Shown: positions 27,224 through 41,128 of the stretch, in pieces
Numbering within the stretch: the first letter of the stretch is position 1
Layout: each line of letters opens with the position of its first letter
DNA from: Octopus vulgaris
Taxonomy: Eukaryota
Assembly: GCA_951406725.2 (NCBI GenBank)
Contig: OX597829.1
Coordinates: forward strand, 57,536,001 to 57,600,000
DNA length: 64,000 bases
Direction of reading: 5' to 3'
Made by a program: the position numbers and the translations under genes
Notes under the pieces: model-generated
What the model saw: only the letters and a program-made list of their open reading frames with translations
Databases searched by the model: none
What the model was told of the DNA's origin: nothing

Positions 27224-28741
27224 TACTGGGGGGTAAAAGTATGTGTCTTGGACTAAATCGTGGAAGCTGATTCCGAATCCACATTCAGAATTGTTCTGAC
27301 GCGTCAGAATTTCGAGTTATGCACATGCGCAAGATGATAACTATATTTCCGGCTAGATATATATAGGTGGTATTATAAAATTGGCTAAGACGGAAGCGGT
27401 CTTAATTCAAAATTAAAGAAATAACAGCAATAAAACAAACCATGAGAGAATTCATTATTTAGTTTAGCAATAGATGGCGCTGACGTATTGTGTGCAAGCG
27501 CCAAATATGTCTGTTTGTTTTTTGGTAACTCTGAGTATCGTTTGCGCTGCCGTCACGTGTAAGGTTAGCCTCGAAGCTATGCTGTTACATAATGGTAATG
27601 AAAAACCTTCCATTCCTGTGGGTCATGCTGTCGGTATGGAAGAAACTTATGAATCGATGGAACTCATTCTGAAAGGAGTTAATTACTCAGTTCATAAGTG
27701 AAATATTTCTGGTGATTTAAAGATGATTTACCTCCTCCTAGGACTGCAGCTGGAATACATCAAAAATATGCACTTCTTGTGTGTTTGGAACAGTCGTGAT
27801 GACAGCAACCATTACACTGTAAAAGACTGCTCTAAAAGAGATCAGCGCATAATTGGTCGCTACAATGTGCAGCATGTGCCGCTGGTAAACCCAGAAAAAA
27901 TCTTCCTTCCACCCCTTAACATCAATCTGGCCTTCAGGAAAAACTTTGTAAAAGCAACGACACACGCTTGTTGTGGCTTCCAATACCTAAGAGTAAAATT
28001 TGGTGCAGAGAAAAGTGACATAAAACTGAAAGCAGGCATTTTCATTGGACCCAAGATCAGAGTATTGATGTCTGATAGCAAATTCAAAGTTAAATTGAAT
28101 CCAGCTGAGCTGACAGCATGGGATTCATTCGTGTTAGCTGTACAGAACTTACTTGGAAATCATAGAGCTGAAAACCATACTGATTTGATAAAAGACATGC
28201 TAACAACGTATGAAAGAGTGGAATGCCAAATGTCCCTTAAAATGCACTTGCATTCTCATCTCGATTTTTATCCAACGAATCTTGGTGCCGTTAGTGATGA
28301 GCATGGTGAGAGGTTCAACCAGGACATATCTGAGATGGAAACATGGTATCAAGTGTGGTTCAATCTATGCATGATGGGTGACTACTGCTGGTTCCTACAA
28401 TGGAAGACCAGCACGACGCATTGGCGCAAAAGCAAGTGTCTCAAACATTTCTTAGCTGAGCATATCAAAAACAAAGTGAGGATTCCCTTAACAGAAATAT
28501 ATTGTGTAGCATTTTATTATAATACTATTTGCCTTGAACATAAATTTACAACATACAATACTAACTAATATACTATTATAATTATTATTTACATTGAAAT
28601 TAACTATTCCTGATACTAATACAGTATTAATATATAATCATGCGCATAACTCAAAATCTTCACGTGCTACAGCAATTCTGTGTTCAGATTCGAAATCAGC
28701 GTACTCGATTTAGTTTGGAACTGCACCATTTGTCTGGGTAG
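27224..28741 (+). mobile_element. Chapaev3-like (CMC group) DNA transposon, deleted at the transposase 5' end
   Basis: About 105-bp imperfect TIRs (actaaatcg...gctgatt.cgaatc...gagttatgc.catg); transposase 27570-28470 with LLHNGN.KPSIP, GDLKM, LPPL.I.L...KNFVKA, MSLKMH.HSHLD.YP.NLGAVSDEHGERF.QDI; in-frame TGA at 27699. Family name from motif recall. Confidence 0.7.
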
Positions 28742-29121
28742 CAGACAATAAATCTTTTTTTCTAGGATGTTCTATTGAATTGTCTGTAATAGGTAGTGCC
28801 CTACTGCGTAATGACGGGAATGTTAGCCGTAATTTATGTCTCGACGAGACGTTGCAGCCCCTTAAATGCAGTTTTAACCTAATAAATAAGCGGAACGAAC
28901 TACTGTCACGTTCTTCACATTTGTATAATGGAACTTTCCAAATTTTCCCAAAATAAATATAATACCGATTAATGTATCTTAATATCATATAAATTTATTC
29001 TAATTTCTTACTTGCCCCACTATCGCTTATACTTCTTTAAAGGGATTAGCTTACATAATATACTAAATCATCCGGAAACTTACGAGTGTGTGTATATAAT
29101 ATACACATACACACACATATT

Positions 29122-29450
29122 ATCTTTTATTTATTTCAGTCTTTAGACTGCGGCCATGCTGGAGCACTGCTTTAAAGAATTTTTAGTTAAGTCGAATGAA
29201 TTGAGCCCAGTACTTATTTTTTATACCCTGGTACTTATTCTATCGCTCCCCCCATTGCCGAACCGCTAGATTACGAAGACGTAAAAACACCAGCACCAAT
29301 TGTCAAGCGTTGGTGGGGGACAAAAGGGGGCGCACACACATAACAGGCTGTTTCAGTTTCTCTCTACCAAATCCACTCACAAGGTTTTGGTCGGCCCGAA
29401 GTGTCTCGCCGTAGGATTGAAACCAGAACCATGTGATTGGGAAGCAAATC
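29122..29450 (-). mobile_element. CORE-type SINE copy, partly deleted
   Basis: gactgcggccatgctggagcac, gccgaaccgcta, tttcagtttc.ctaccaaatccactcacaagg. Confidence 0.88.
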
Positions 29451-30322
29451 TGAACGTGCCAGGTTTCTGTAAACAGGCGAAACTTGGCGAAACTTTGAGT
29501 CGCATGAAGTCGAATGAAACGGATTTAAATAATATTTGTCGCTCACTGAATGTGTTGAGTACCATTTTCCTTTCAGTTGTCTATTCACTCATGTATGTAT
29601 ATATATTGCGACAGAGAGAGAGAGAGAGAGAGAGTGTGTGGGAGGTGAAATACAAGTTTCTGGCATTTATACAATACGTGTGTATATATGTGTGTGTATA
29701 CGTGTGCGAGTGTTTGTATAAATGAGAGAATAAATACGTTTGGTGTATTTTTTTTTCTCTATTGATTATATGTAATGTAATTTTTGCTTAACATAAACTG
29801 TCCCAACGGTCAAGTGTGTGTATGTGCGTGCGCGCCGGCGTGTGTATGAGCGTACGCACATATGCCATATTTTATTCAGTTTATGGAAAATTATTTCAAC
29901 TCACTATAAGTTCATTCAACAATCAAAAGCAAATTTTTCTTAATAGATTCTGATTTTCTGCTTTCCTTTATTTATTAAGTTGTACTTAACAACATTACAG
30001 ACTAAATTACAATTCTGTTTGAAAAGATATATACAATTGCTGATAAATATGCCTCCCCTTGGTTATGACACGGACACTGGTCAATAAAAATACGAGTCAA
30101 TGATATTGAGATTATTACTGTAAACTCTCCCACATTATTCCAATGTAAACTAAATTTAGCATTAGCATTCTGGCTTGAAATCAATAGCATGGCACCTAAT
30201 TCTTCTTTTCCTATGACATTTTAGCCGATCATATGAAGCAATATGCAGCTTCGGTTATGTCAGACTATTGGAAACGCGTGAAAGCTAAATAAATCGTTAA
30301 TAATGCATCTTCATTTCATATT

Positions 30323-30375
<53 letters not shown>

Positions 30376-31244
30376 ACACACACACAAATATATATAAGCA
30401 TGTATATATATATATACATGTAAAAATATATACATACATATATACATACACACACATACATATATATACGTATATATGTATATATGTATATAGATATATA
30501 TACATGTATACATACATGTATACATACATATATACATATACATACTTATATATACACATACATATGCATATACATATTCATATACGCACACGCACACACA
30601 TATTTCTGAGGACCATGGCAATTGCCAGATAGTCGTTGGTCCATGTTTTTGTTTTGAGACCCGCTGGCAATCTAGCAACCCGTCTCACCAAGCAAGCCTA
30701 CTGGCGGTGTCTGGTTTTATCGTTGACGACCCAACCGTGTAACAAGTTGTACTGGATTCTATGCTACTTGTAGCACTTATGGCAGACCTCACAAGTGATC
30801 TGACATGATTTCAGGTGCTGTCCGGCGTGCTGGAAGACCGCTCCGAGTGAGGTACCACTTAGATTTTGTTAAAGCATGTCTCTAGGAGGTCACTCCGATA
30901 TAAAACCAGATCTTTTGCCTGAACTTGACAACATGGTACTCCTACATTCCTGAGCCTGCCACCCATACTGGCGCTGGATATCTTGCCCCTGACTTGTTCC
31001 TGGAGAGGATCTGTGAAGTGCTGTGCAAACCTTATTCGACCTGAATTCCTGGGTTAAGCAATCACCAGCAAGGCGACTATCCAATTTCTGGTGAAATTGA
31101 AGGGCTCCAAAATGAGCATTGAACCCATGAGAAGCAAACTACTGATGCAGATGCAAACCCATGAGAAGCAAACTACTGATGCAATAACCTCATGCACTTG
31201 CATTTTGCATGAGCAATGGTCAGTGATGGTCTTCCTCAGTCATC

Positions 31245-31293
<49 letters not shown>

Positions 31294-31294
31294 A

Positions 31295-33530
31295 GAAATT
31301 AAAAACGGAAAATACGCACACTTACATAGTTTTAATATAATTTTTAATATATCGACCGGTTTCGCTATCGCTATTCATGATATTATGTTTTACTTATTTG
31401 AATATATATTTTTCTTAAGAAGAAATTTGGTCCATGTTGTGTGAGATGAAATTCACGAATTAATGACTTCACAAGTAGATAAATAAAGAGAGGTAATTGG
31501 TTGTCGTTATTATTGTTGTTGTTGTGGGTAAGGGAGATAACTATTCAGCTTTCGGTAATGGGTGGGGATTATATATGTACACAGACAGAGACAAGTTTCA
31601 AAAACCTTGTTAAGTAGGGGATTTATGTACAGTGATGTAATCGTGAATTGAAATATGTAAAAATATAAAAGTTGGTTATGCGTGCATATTAAAACGTGTT
31701 TTGTATTTTTCAATGAAAAAAGTTTCATTTAAACATTCTAGTTGAGAGATTGCGTCTTTGCACTAGTAGAAAAGGAAGACTGTGAAATTTTGTTTGATGT
31801 TACCTGCACATTTTTCTATATGTTCACTTAGAGGAATTTGTCTGTATTGCGGGAAACGGATTTGCTCCTTATGTGGAGTGGTTCTTTTCCCAAGGTCATA
31901 CTTGTTTGTCCAATATAGTGGTGTCCGCAACCCGAGCAGGTTATTACATAAATTAGGTTCTCAGAGGCACAGGTGAAACTAGTTTTAATTGAGAACCTCT
32001 GTCCTTGTTTGAAAAGGAAATCCGAGCCTTCAAGCAGGTTGGGGCAGGTTCCACAGTTCGAGCGTCCACAGTTTTCAACAGTTGGTTTCGTGGTTGTTTT
32101 GTAAAGCTTCGCATTTGTTAGTAGTCTCTTTAGCGATTTGTCTTGTTTTTTGCATTTGATGAGTTTGTGTGTTTTCAGGATGTCGTTCATTTTTGGATCT
32201 CTAGTTAGTAAAGGAAGAGTTTGCACAATAGTGTTGAATGCATCACTGTTTGTGGGGTTGTGTGTTGATATAAAAAGTAATGTTTTGGTTTGAGGTGTGG
32301 TGCTATGTTTTTTTTGTTCTTAGTGTTTTTGCGTCTAATTGTTTGGCACGTTTAATTCCCTCGTCTATAAGTGAGGGTGGATATTGTCTTTCAATAAGTG
32401 TTGTTTTGAGGTCTTCAAGGCGAAGGTCCCGAGTTGTTCTATCAGACACTATTGTGCAGGTCCTTTTTGCTAAGTTGAAAGGGATGTTTATTTTTATGTG
32501 TTTCGGGTGGCATGAGTTAAAGAGAAGATATTGTTTTGAATCAGTTGGTTTATAATAAATGTCAGTTATGATTTCATTGTTAACTTTTTTATCATGATGT
32601 CTAAAAATGGAAGTTGTTCTTTGTTATATTCCATTGTGAATTAAATGTTACTATTTATGTCATTTAGTGTTGTTTTGAAATCCAAAAGTTTGTCGATGTT
32701 CTCCTTCCAGATGATAAAGCAGTCATCCAGGTATCGCTTCAAATTTTCTCTTATGTAGAGGTAAAATGAGTAACCATATTTCTGAAGTGATACTTCATAT
32801 AAGGTGAATTCAAAATAATCCATTATTAGGTTCGCAAGAACAGGAGCTGCTTTCGTCCCCATCGCAATTCCGCATTTCTGACGATAGTGTCATCAATTAG
32901 GAAATAATTGTTCTGAAGTGTAAATATTAAGGATTCACTAATAAAGATCTGGTTTATGCGTTCCGGGAGGACTTCGGGGTACTTTTCCAACCAGAATTTA
33001 ATTGCTTTTATTCCATAGTCATGGGGGATGTTGGTGTAAAGATTGATAAATCAGGAGTAACCAATATTGCCTCTTCATTAATTGTTTTTGGTAGATGTTC
33101 TAGCATGTCTAAATCATCCCTAATGAAGCTTTTGATGTATTTCAGCAATGGTTTCAGTAGGATGTCTAGAAAATTGCTTAGTCGGTGGGTTTCACAGGCC
33201 AGCCCAGCTACAATGGGTCTTAAAAGTCAAGTCTTCTGGCGTTTGGATATTTATATATTTGCCTGGTGATTGTTTGCAGGCTTCATTGATTATCTTGTTC
33301 TTGTGTATTTTAGGAGGCCATAAAAAAGACTGGGTTTACATTTGAAGTTCGTAATGTAGTCTGTTTCTTTTTCTGTCAGGCCTTTTCCGTGTAGAAGAAT
33401 TAAGGATGCAAGATTTTTCATTGCTTTTTTGTTGTTTATAGTTTATAACTTTTTCGTAGAAGGCCTCGTTTTCTAGTATGGAAAGTACTATTTTTTTATA
33501 GTGTTCTGGGTCCATCAGAACTACAGCACT
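31295..33530 (-). mobile_element. Penelope-like retroelement (Neptune-type), 5'-truncated and pseudogenised
   Basis: RT: FYGL.KIHK, GIAMGTKAAPVLANL, KRYLDDCFIIW, LPFLDI; Cys linker CGRSNCGTC; GIY-YIG LIYVITCSGCGHHYIGQT; hammerhead in the 3' terminal repeat. Confidence 0.92.
31349..31383 (-). ncRNA. Minimal type I hammerhead in the Penelope 3' repeat, A3:U8 variant
   Basis: AUAUC-AUGAAUA-GC(GAUA)GC-GAAA-CCGG-UC-GAUAU; perfect 5-bp stem I; GUC triplet; same strand as the element. Confidence 0.75.
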
Positions 33531-34231
33531 TCCTTAGGTATGTACATATATGTATGTATATATGTATATATTTATATTATATATATTATATATATTATAT
33601 ATATATTATATACATACATACACACATACATACATACATACATATCAAAAGGCTGTGTTATAATACTATTCCACAGCCATACCAACAATCCAACATACCT
33701 CCATCATCAGCTGCCCACGGATATCATTATGGTTTCGACACCTGGGCAGTACCATTCAATCCGGTGATGTCAACAGCACTAAAATAAGTGTTGTTTGGGA
33801 ACAAACAAACCAAAGAAACCACAACTTTCAAACACATTTACCCAATGTACAACCGTATCAATAAGTGAATTCCATAAGTAAATTACAACCACTCCTCAAT
33901 ACGTAACTAAACAGCGACAACTCTATTAAGTCATAAAAAATTATAATCTCTACCATCTTCCGTATAAAAGTAAAGCTTAATAATCACATTATTTTAATCA
34001 ATCAATATATAGGCCGGATTAAACACTAACCTCACTAAAACTACAACAAAAGACATTTAAACCAATGTACATTGTATCGGTATTAATAATAAACTGCAAT
34101 AACTAAATTATATGCTAAATTGCTATCCATCTTTAAGTCTAATCAAATAATAATCCCACCTCTCTTCCTTAGATGCAACTAGAATAAAAGTTCAATCCTT
34201 ATAAATTTTTTTCCAAAACAAAACACAGTTG

Positions 34232-34253
34232 ATATATACACACACACACATAT

Positions 34254-34335
<82 letters not shown>

Positions 34336-34502
34336 CGTATATATATATATATATATACACATACATATATATATATATATACATACATTTATATATATAC
34401 ATTTATATTTATATACATATATATACATATATATATATATATATACATACATTTATATATATATATACGTTTATATTTATATACATATATATACATATAT
34501 AC

Positions 34503-34538
<36 letters not shown>

Positions 34539-34578
34539 GTATATATATTTATATATATATATATGTATATACATGTAT

Positions 34579-34615
<37 letters not shown>

Positions 34616-34795
34616 CATATATACATTTATATATACATACGTATAGATATATATACGCACATATATACATACATATATATGCATTTATATATTCACATAC
34701 ATACACACGCACGCGCACACACGCACACACTCACATGTATACATATATATATATGTATGTGTACATAATTGTATATGTATGTGTGTGTGTGTATG
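34232..34795. repeat. Compound (CA)/(TA) low-complexity tract
   Basis: Direct reading. Confidence 0.95.
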
Positions 34796-35029
34796 AAACA
34801 GATATTGTGGTATTTCGGGATGGTCATTTGGGTGGGTGGGGGAGCAAATAAACACACGCACTACAACTGTTGTATTTGTAATACTGTTCTTCAGCCTCTT
34901 TAATTCCTGGTATCACTTCTATTTTGTGTGTAATCACATTTACTCTTTTTGTATTAAATGTATTTAATACTCTTTGTATATCGACCTGCCTGACTTGATT
35001 ATCTTTACATTTACTTCTCTACCCGCTCA

Positions 35030-36010
35030 AGTTTAAACCTCTGGAGCACTTCTAGTTGGTCTATGTATAGTGTGAAAGGCCTTGATGAGATCGATGACAT
35101 ACTGGTCTAGATCAAGTTGTTGTTCTCTGTACTGCTCATGGATCTATCGGTCTGTAAAGATCATATCAGTTGTTCTCAAATTTGGCTGAAATCCAGTCGT
35201 GACTCAGGAGGAATGGCTGGTGCAATATGGTTCAGCATCGATTGAGAAGCAGCTTTGCGAAAGTTTTGTCAACAACTGTCAACAGGGAGATCCCATGGTA
35301 GTTGTTACAAATGCTTGTCGGTCCTTTCTTGTACAAAGAAACGAGAGTGGTCTATTTTTGCTCTTGTGGGGTTTCGTCTCTCATCTACCGTGGATAAAAA
35401 CCCAGTATCTCATCATCACCTTTCCGAACCGGTTCAGCAAAAGTGCTATCATTTCCGGGGTATTTGCTCTTTTCATCAGTTTTACATTTACAGTTATTTT
35501 ATCATTAGTCCGTGGATTACAGATGCCTGTGCAAGCCCTTCGATTAGAGCAGGGCTTACTAATGCCTTGCTGTTCAAGACATCACTAAAATGCTGCCACC
35601 ACCTGGCTTTGATTTTGCGCAGCAGTGCATTACCATTCTTTGTTCGCAGAGCTACAATGACGAAAGAAGGTGGACTATTGGCTGTACGTAGCTGGTGACA
35701 TAGAATTCTTGGATCTCGTTTTTATGTAAATGTCTGAATTTCGAGGGCTTTTTCTCGCCACCACTTGCCCTCAGCTACACGCAGCTTTTAAAATCCTTCC
35801 CTAGCATATCCTGTTCAAGTCCTGGCACACAACAAGAAAGCAATTTGTCAAGTGATACTCTCTTTGCTTCCAAAAACTTTGTCACTAGTCCTTCGTTTTC
35901 TTTAAACAAGTCACGGTATTTTCTTTCAATATTTTCGTAGATGAATCAGCTTCTTAGAGCTGTTTACTAAAACTTACCATTGTCATCTACGTGGATCGCT
36001 TCAACTGCTT
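35030..36010 (-). mobile_element. RTE-BovB-type LINE internal remnant
   Basis: KYRDLFKENE, KWWREKALEIQTF, ICNNYHGISLLTVVDKTFAKLLLNR, IDLIKAF. Confidence 0.8.
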
Positions 36011-36249
36011 CTTGGCACTTTTATCTTTTACTTGTTTCAGTCGTTAGATTGTGACCGCTCTGGAACACCGCCTCGAAGATTTATTGTCGAACAAATCGAC
36101 CCCATATAAACATATGCAAGTATGTGTATGTGTGAGTGCAGTTTCAAACCTTCTTTCATATATATTTCCACTTGTGCGGTGCTTTATAATTTTACTTCGT
36201 TTTATATATATCTTTTATCTTTTACTGGTTTCAGATCAGGGGTGAGGTA

Positions 36250-36650
36250 ATGCTGGTGTACTAGCTCTGTAGTTACTCAGTGCAGTATTATTTCTGGCAT
36301 TGTTTTGGGTGAAGTAGCGAGTCGGACGGAGCTGTTCTTCTTTGCGTCTCCTGCCGCGATGTGGCTCCATCTGGTATCTCAGATAGAAACCTGTCCTGAC
36401 GTTCCTTGGAAACTTCCACATCAACATCGTGTAGACCATTAAAGTTGCCTAGAAGAATGTTGAACAATTTCGGGCCTTTGAAACCCAGGCTATTGCAGTA
36501 CTGTGTCCTTATTTTAGATTAGGGAGGCGGGATCTTTAGTATGACGCAGTGCCGTCCAGTTCAAGGATTGGTATAGCTGTCAATTCCAAAATTGGGAGCT
36601 AAACACTCCAAGATCTTCCAAATATATATCACCGTATATCTCTCTTGTCT
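36250..36650 (-). mobile_element. CR1-group LINE 3' end
   Basis: RYTVIYIWKILECLAPNFGI, YCNSLGFKGPKLFNIL; a related fragment lies at about 53700-53960. Confidence 0.75.
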
Positions 36651-36776
36651 TATGTATATTTGTTTGTGTGGGGGCGCGCGCGTGTGTGTGTGTGTATGTA
36701 TGTATATAATAAAAATTTATCTAAATCCATAGTGAAAGTAATTGAAATTGGAACCATATAATAGTGAGAAAGTATT

Positions 36777-37050
36777 ATCTGTGTATATATAAAACTGAGA
36801 ATGTCTATCTGTCTGTGTGCCTGAGCATCACTAAAACTCGACAACTATCCAATCGATTTCATTAAAAGTTTACACATGCCTTACTTAGGGTCCATGCAGT
36901 GTCATGGGTCAAAAAATTTCAACTTCTTGCTTAATGTGAAGCAGCAGCAATCTCTTATCTCTTACACTATTTCAGAATTATGTGTCAAAGGTGAAACAAG
37001 AACGTCTTTATTGCAATGCGAGACACTTTCAGTTTAATACTTTTACTATT
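36777..37050 (+). mobile_element. 5' fragment of the Helitron-type family at 18820-19095
   Basis: Reverse-complement similarity (tataaaactgagaatgt, catgccttacttagggtcc, gtgaaacaa). Confidence 0.8.
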
Positions 37051-37131
37051 TATACTGAAACTAATATCTCTCTCTCACACACACACATATTATATATATG
37101 TATATATATATATGTATATGTGTATGTATAT

Positions 37132-37240
<109 letters not shown>

Positions 37241-37341
37241 TATATATATATATATGAGGGCTTCGAATGTCCCGTCCTGTGGTTCTTGTGTCGTCTCTTT
37301 GGTGTTTCATGTTCTTGTCCATGTCTGTATTTATTTTTTAC

Positions 37342-37400
<59 letters not shown>

Positions 37401-37477
37401 ATGTATATTATGTATGTGTATATATATATATTGTGGTTGTCTACTCCTTATGCAGAGTCTGACCACCTCCTCTACCT

Positions 37478-37960
37478 TCACCTTAGCACATCATGGCGTC
37501 TGATGTGGCTTTTTAAACCGGACGCTGTTCTGAAATGACACTCACAAATATTGCACCTCCGATTTGGACCACCAAGAACTGCAGATAAGTTCTGATCTTT
37601 GTGGATCTTAAAATGTCCTTTCTTACCTCCGTTAGACTTGCAAACCTTCTGGCATACCCTGCATTCAAAAGTGTGCAAAAACATATAGGCAGAATAGTTG
37701 GTGGAGGTTCGTTTCCCATGGGTTCGGAAAAGAGATTTGAGCCCAGCAAAAGAAAGGCATGGTCTGTCACAAACTGGACACACATAAACGGGTCATTGCC
37801 GTTCACCTTCTCCGTCGTAATATTCTTCCTTAAATCTCTCTTGAGTCTTGCATGCGTTATCCTGACCCCCTAAAATGCTTTAACTCCACTCCACACTTTT
37901 GTTAGCCATCCAGCTCGATCCTTTCTAGCACACGACATTACACTACTGGCAAACCACAAT
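37478..37960 (-). mobile_element. RTE-type LINE 3' end encoding three tandem C2H2 zinc fingers
   Basis: DRAGWLTKVWSGVKAF..RITHARLKR followed (after a frameshift) by CPVC..H, CRVC..H...H and CNIC..H...H. Confidence 0.7.
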
Positions 37961-38329
37961 TAAAAATGTAAATATTCTAATGAACATCGATAAAAAACAA
38001 ATGTCATTCCAACAACGTTCGGAGTTGCTTGTATTTTGGGACAACACGAAGCTAAGCATAAAACCAATCAATAAAGACGCATTCCATCAGCTAGACATAA
38101 ATATGTGTGTGTATGGGTGTGTGTGTGTGTGTGCGTGTGCGTGTGCGTGTGTATGTGTGTGTGTGTATTTATGTTAAATATATGTATATATGTTATGCTA
38201 TTTATGTATATACACGCACATATATACATTTATATATAATTTAAACATATATACACATATACATATACATACGTTTATCTACATTCTTAATATGTCTACA
38301 TAATAAAAAAAAATGTTAAGAAATAGCTA

Positions 38330-40440
38330 CTGAAAAGCCCAGAGTTGATGGAGGCATAGTTAAGGAGCTGGAAGAGGTATGGCGACGAACGCCGAGCACG
38401 ATGGTTGCATCGTCAGAGCCTGGGCGCATGTTTTAAGAGACGCGGGGGCGAAATACGAACTCAGTTGGTGGAGGCGCAACGCGGTGACAAAGTAACAATT
38501 CTGACTTTGATGGACCAGGATGGGCTCTTGCTATTCGACTCCAAACAGACATGCGCGGAATTCAAGCGGCACTTTGATGAATTCAAGCGGGATGTGCGGT
38601 GGGTCGAAGACGTGGGGTAGATTCTACCTCCTACTTAACCTGCCGCGTCTTTCGGCCTGGGATGCGAAGTTTTACGAAATCCCGATAACAGCCGACGACA
38701 TATGTAATTCGATGTCTAGTTGCATAATGGAGAACTCTCCAGGGCTGGATGGTCTTCCCTTCGAGCTTTATCTTTGCCAGACTTGTTCGGTGATCTCTTG
38801 GCGGATGTCTATCGCAACTGGCAACAGAATGGGAGAATTCCGTCCTCTGAGTCGCAGTGTGGTGGTTCTGCTGAGAAAGGACCAGAATGAGGGAGACCAT
38901 ATCAATAATTTTAGTCCTCTAACTCTGCTCAACACAGATTACAAAATTTTGGTCATGGTGTTATCCAAGAGGTTGGCACTCGTTTGGTAGACTGATTTGT
39001 GATGTACAGACATGCGCTACCCCAAACAAATCGCTTGTTCGGTCCGTCAAGGATACTCACTCTCACCTCTTCTATACGCCCCTTCTATTACTACGGAAGC
39101 TGGTTGTTTGAGGGCATACCACGTGAACTAGGACGCGGAACATTCGGATGACGTCACCGTAATAGTGTCGAACATCTTGGAAATGGAGTTGACTGGCGCA
39201 AAGATTAACCTGAAGTCAATAGCCTGCAGCCCGGGACCTGGAAAGGCGGGTCCATGTCGATCAACAGCGTCGTCAGCGCTGGAAGGAAGGACCTGTTAAA
39301 TTGTTCGGGGCCTACTTTTGTCCCGACCTCCAAGTAGACAAGATCTTGGGGGAGATGACGAGAGGGATGGAAAGTCTCTCTCAGAAATGGGCTTAGAGGA
39401 AGATGTCCCTGAAAGGTCGGGTAGAGGTGGAAAACGTTTCTATGAAGTGGGAACGTGCGACAAAGCTTTGACATCTGCAGCAATTCCTCGACAGTGAACA
39501 GATGTGGTAACCGTTTATCATATAGGATTTCCCGCAGCTGGTTACGTTAACAGAGCTGCAGTCCTGCATCAGGTGTAGACCGAGACAGGGAGCTTGGTAT
39601 CTGAAGTACCGCCAAGTGTTCACTATCCTTTACCTGTCGGGCAATGCAGTAGTTTCACCTTGAAGTTCTATAGGGGACTAGTGGTAGGCGAGAGTGACGA
39701 TGGTCTCGGGAAACTCTGGGTGTCAGGGGAGATCAGTTAGTTAGTTTCTTCTAGAGCACTTTAGAATCAGGTCCTATGAATAATTTCCAGAAATTCCTGA
39801 GCTGGCAATGCTACTGCGAAGGCTCTGCCGGTTCGAGATAAGCTCTAAAGGCACGAAAATGCCATCAGACTTGTCTGATATGTGCGTAGAGCAATGAAAC
39901 AGTTTTTCATGCACTCGTCCAATGTCCAGCATTCATGACCTGTGAAACTTTGTCGAAGAGCTGTTGTCGCTTGTAGGAAGGATCCTCCGAACGGCCGAGT
40001 CCATCGTGAGGATCGTTTCACCGGCTTCATTTGGCCAGTAATGGCAGGTAGTTTTCCTCTCGCTGGTGGCTATGGCGAAAGAGCTAGTGTGATGGACGAG
40101 GACGAAAGGAGTAAAAACAGACACATTCCTTTTCGGCACTTAAGAAAAGTTACGATGGAGAGGGAAGTGCTACACCCGAGTATTTTTCTTGAATTTAGGG
40201 CGAATGGGACGAGAATGACTCGCGCGAATAGACTTACTACGAGCATTCATTTAAAGGCCAGAGAGAATGAAGAGTAGTGGGACACCTGCCTGAGGTAACC
40301 TTGGCAATAGGGTTGTGTGGGGTTCCTCGGTTGCCTCTAAGTGCAGTACCACGACGCTTTGGAGAATTTTGCTCTTTAATATTTTATTACTTTTATGGTT
40401 TTACTGTTTACATGTGCTACATATGACCTCACTACTGACC
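38330..40440 (+). mobile_element. Degenerate Tx1/L1-clade LINE ORF2 remnant
   Basis: SPGLDGLPFELY and NFSPLTLLNTDYKIL...SKRL; paralogous to 51740-53290. Confidence 0.8.
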
Positions 40441-40467
40441 TTGTGTTTATGGCCATTAAAGAAAAAA

Positions 40468-40890
<423 letters not shown>

Positions 40891-41110
40891 GAGTGAGCGA
40901 GCAGAGCATGCCATCAAAGTGACACTGGGGTAAAATATGCGAAGCCCAGTATACCCATCATGACTACCCGTCTGATAAAGGTACACCAGGTACATGCATC
41001 ACAACCATATGTGCGCGACATGGTGATCTCATATCAAGATAAACAGCACATGACCTTGCAGGTGGGGCCCAGTTAGAATTTTCTTCAGGTTGAGTAGCCC
41101 ATCCCGCTCA
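40891..41110 (-). mobile_element. Truncated copy of a 550-bp (TAA)n-associated non-coding element
   Basis: High identity to 46796-47010 and 49431-49650; (TTA)n on both sides. Confidence 0.85.
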
Positions 41111-41128
41111 TTATTATTATTATTATTA

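Noticed and set aside
33700-33785. CUGUUGA...GAAAC and a later CUGAUGA on the minus strand
   Set aside because: Stem III and the cleavage triplet are missing and the topology is inconsistent
37478-37783. Host C2H2 zinc-finger gene exon
   Set aside because: Continuous with an RTE-type C-terminus, frameshifted, and lacking TGEKP linkers
38008-38095. CUGAUGG...CUCC-GAA-CG-UU-GUUGGA hammerhead-like trace on minus
   Set aside because: Needs several indels in both core segments; too degenerate to call
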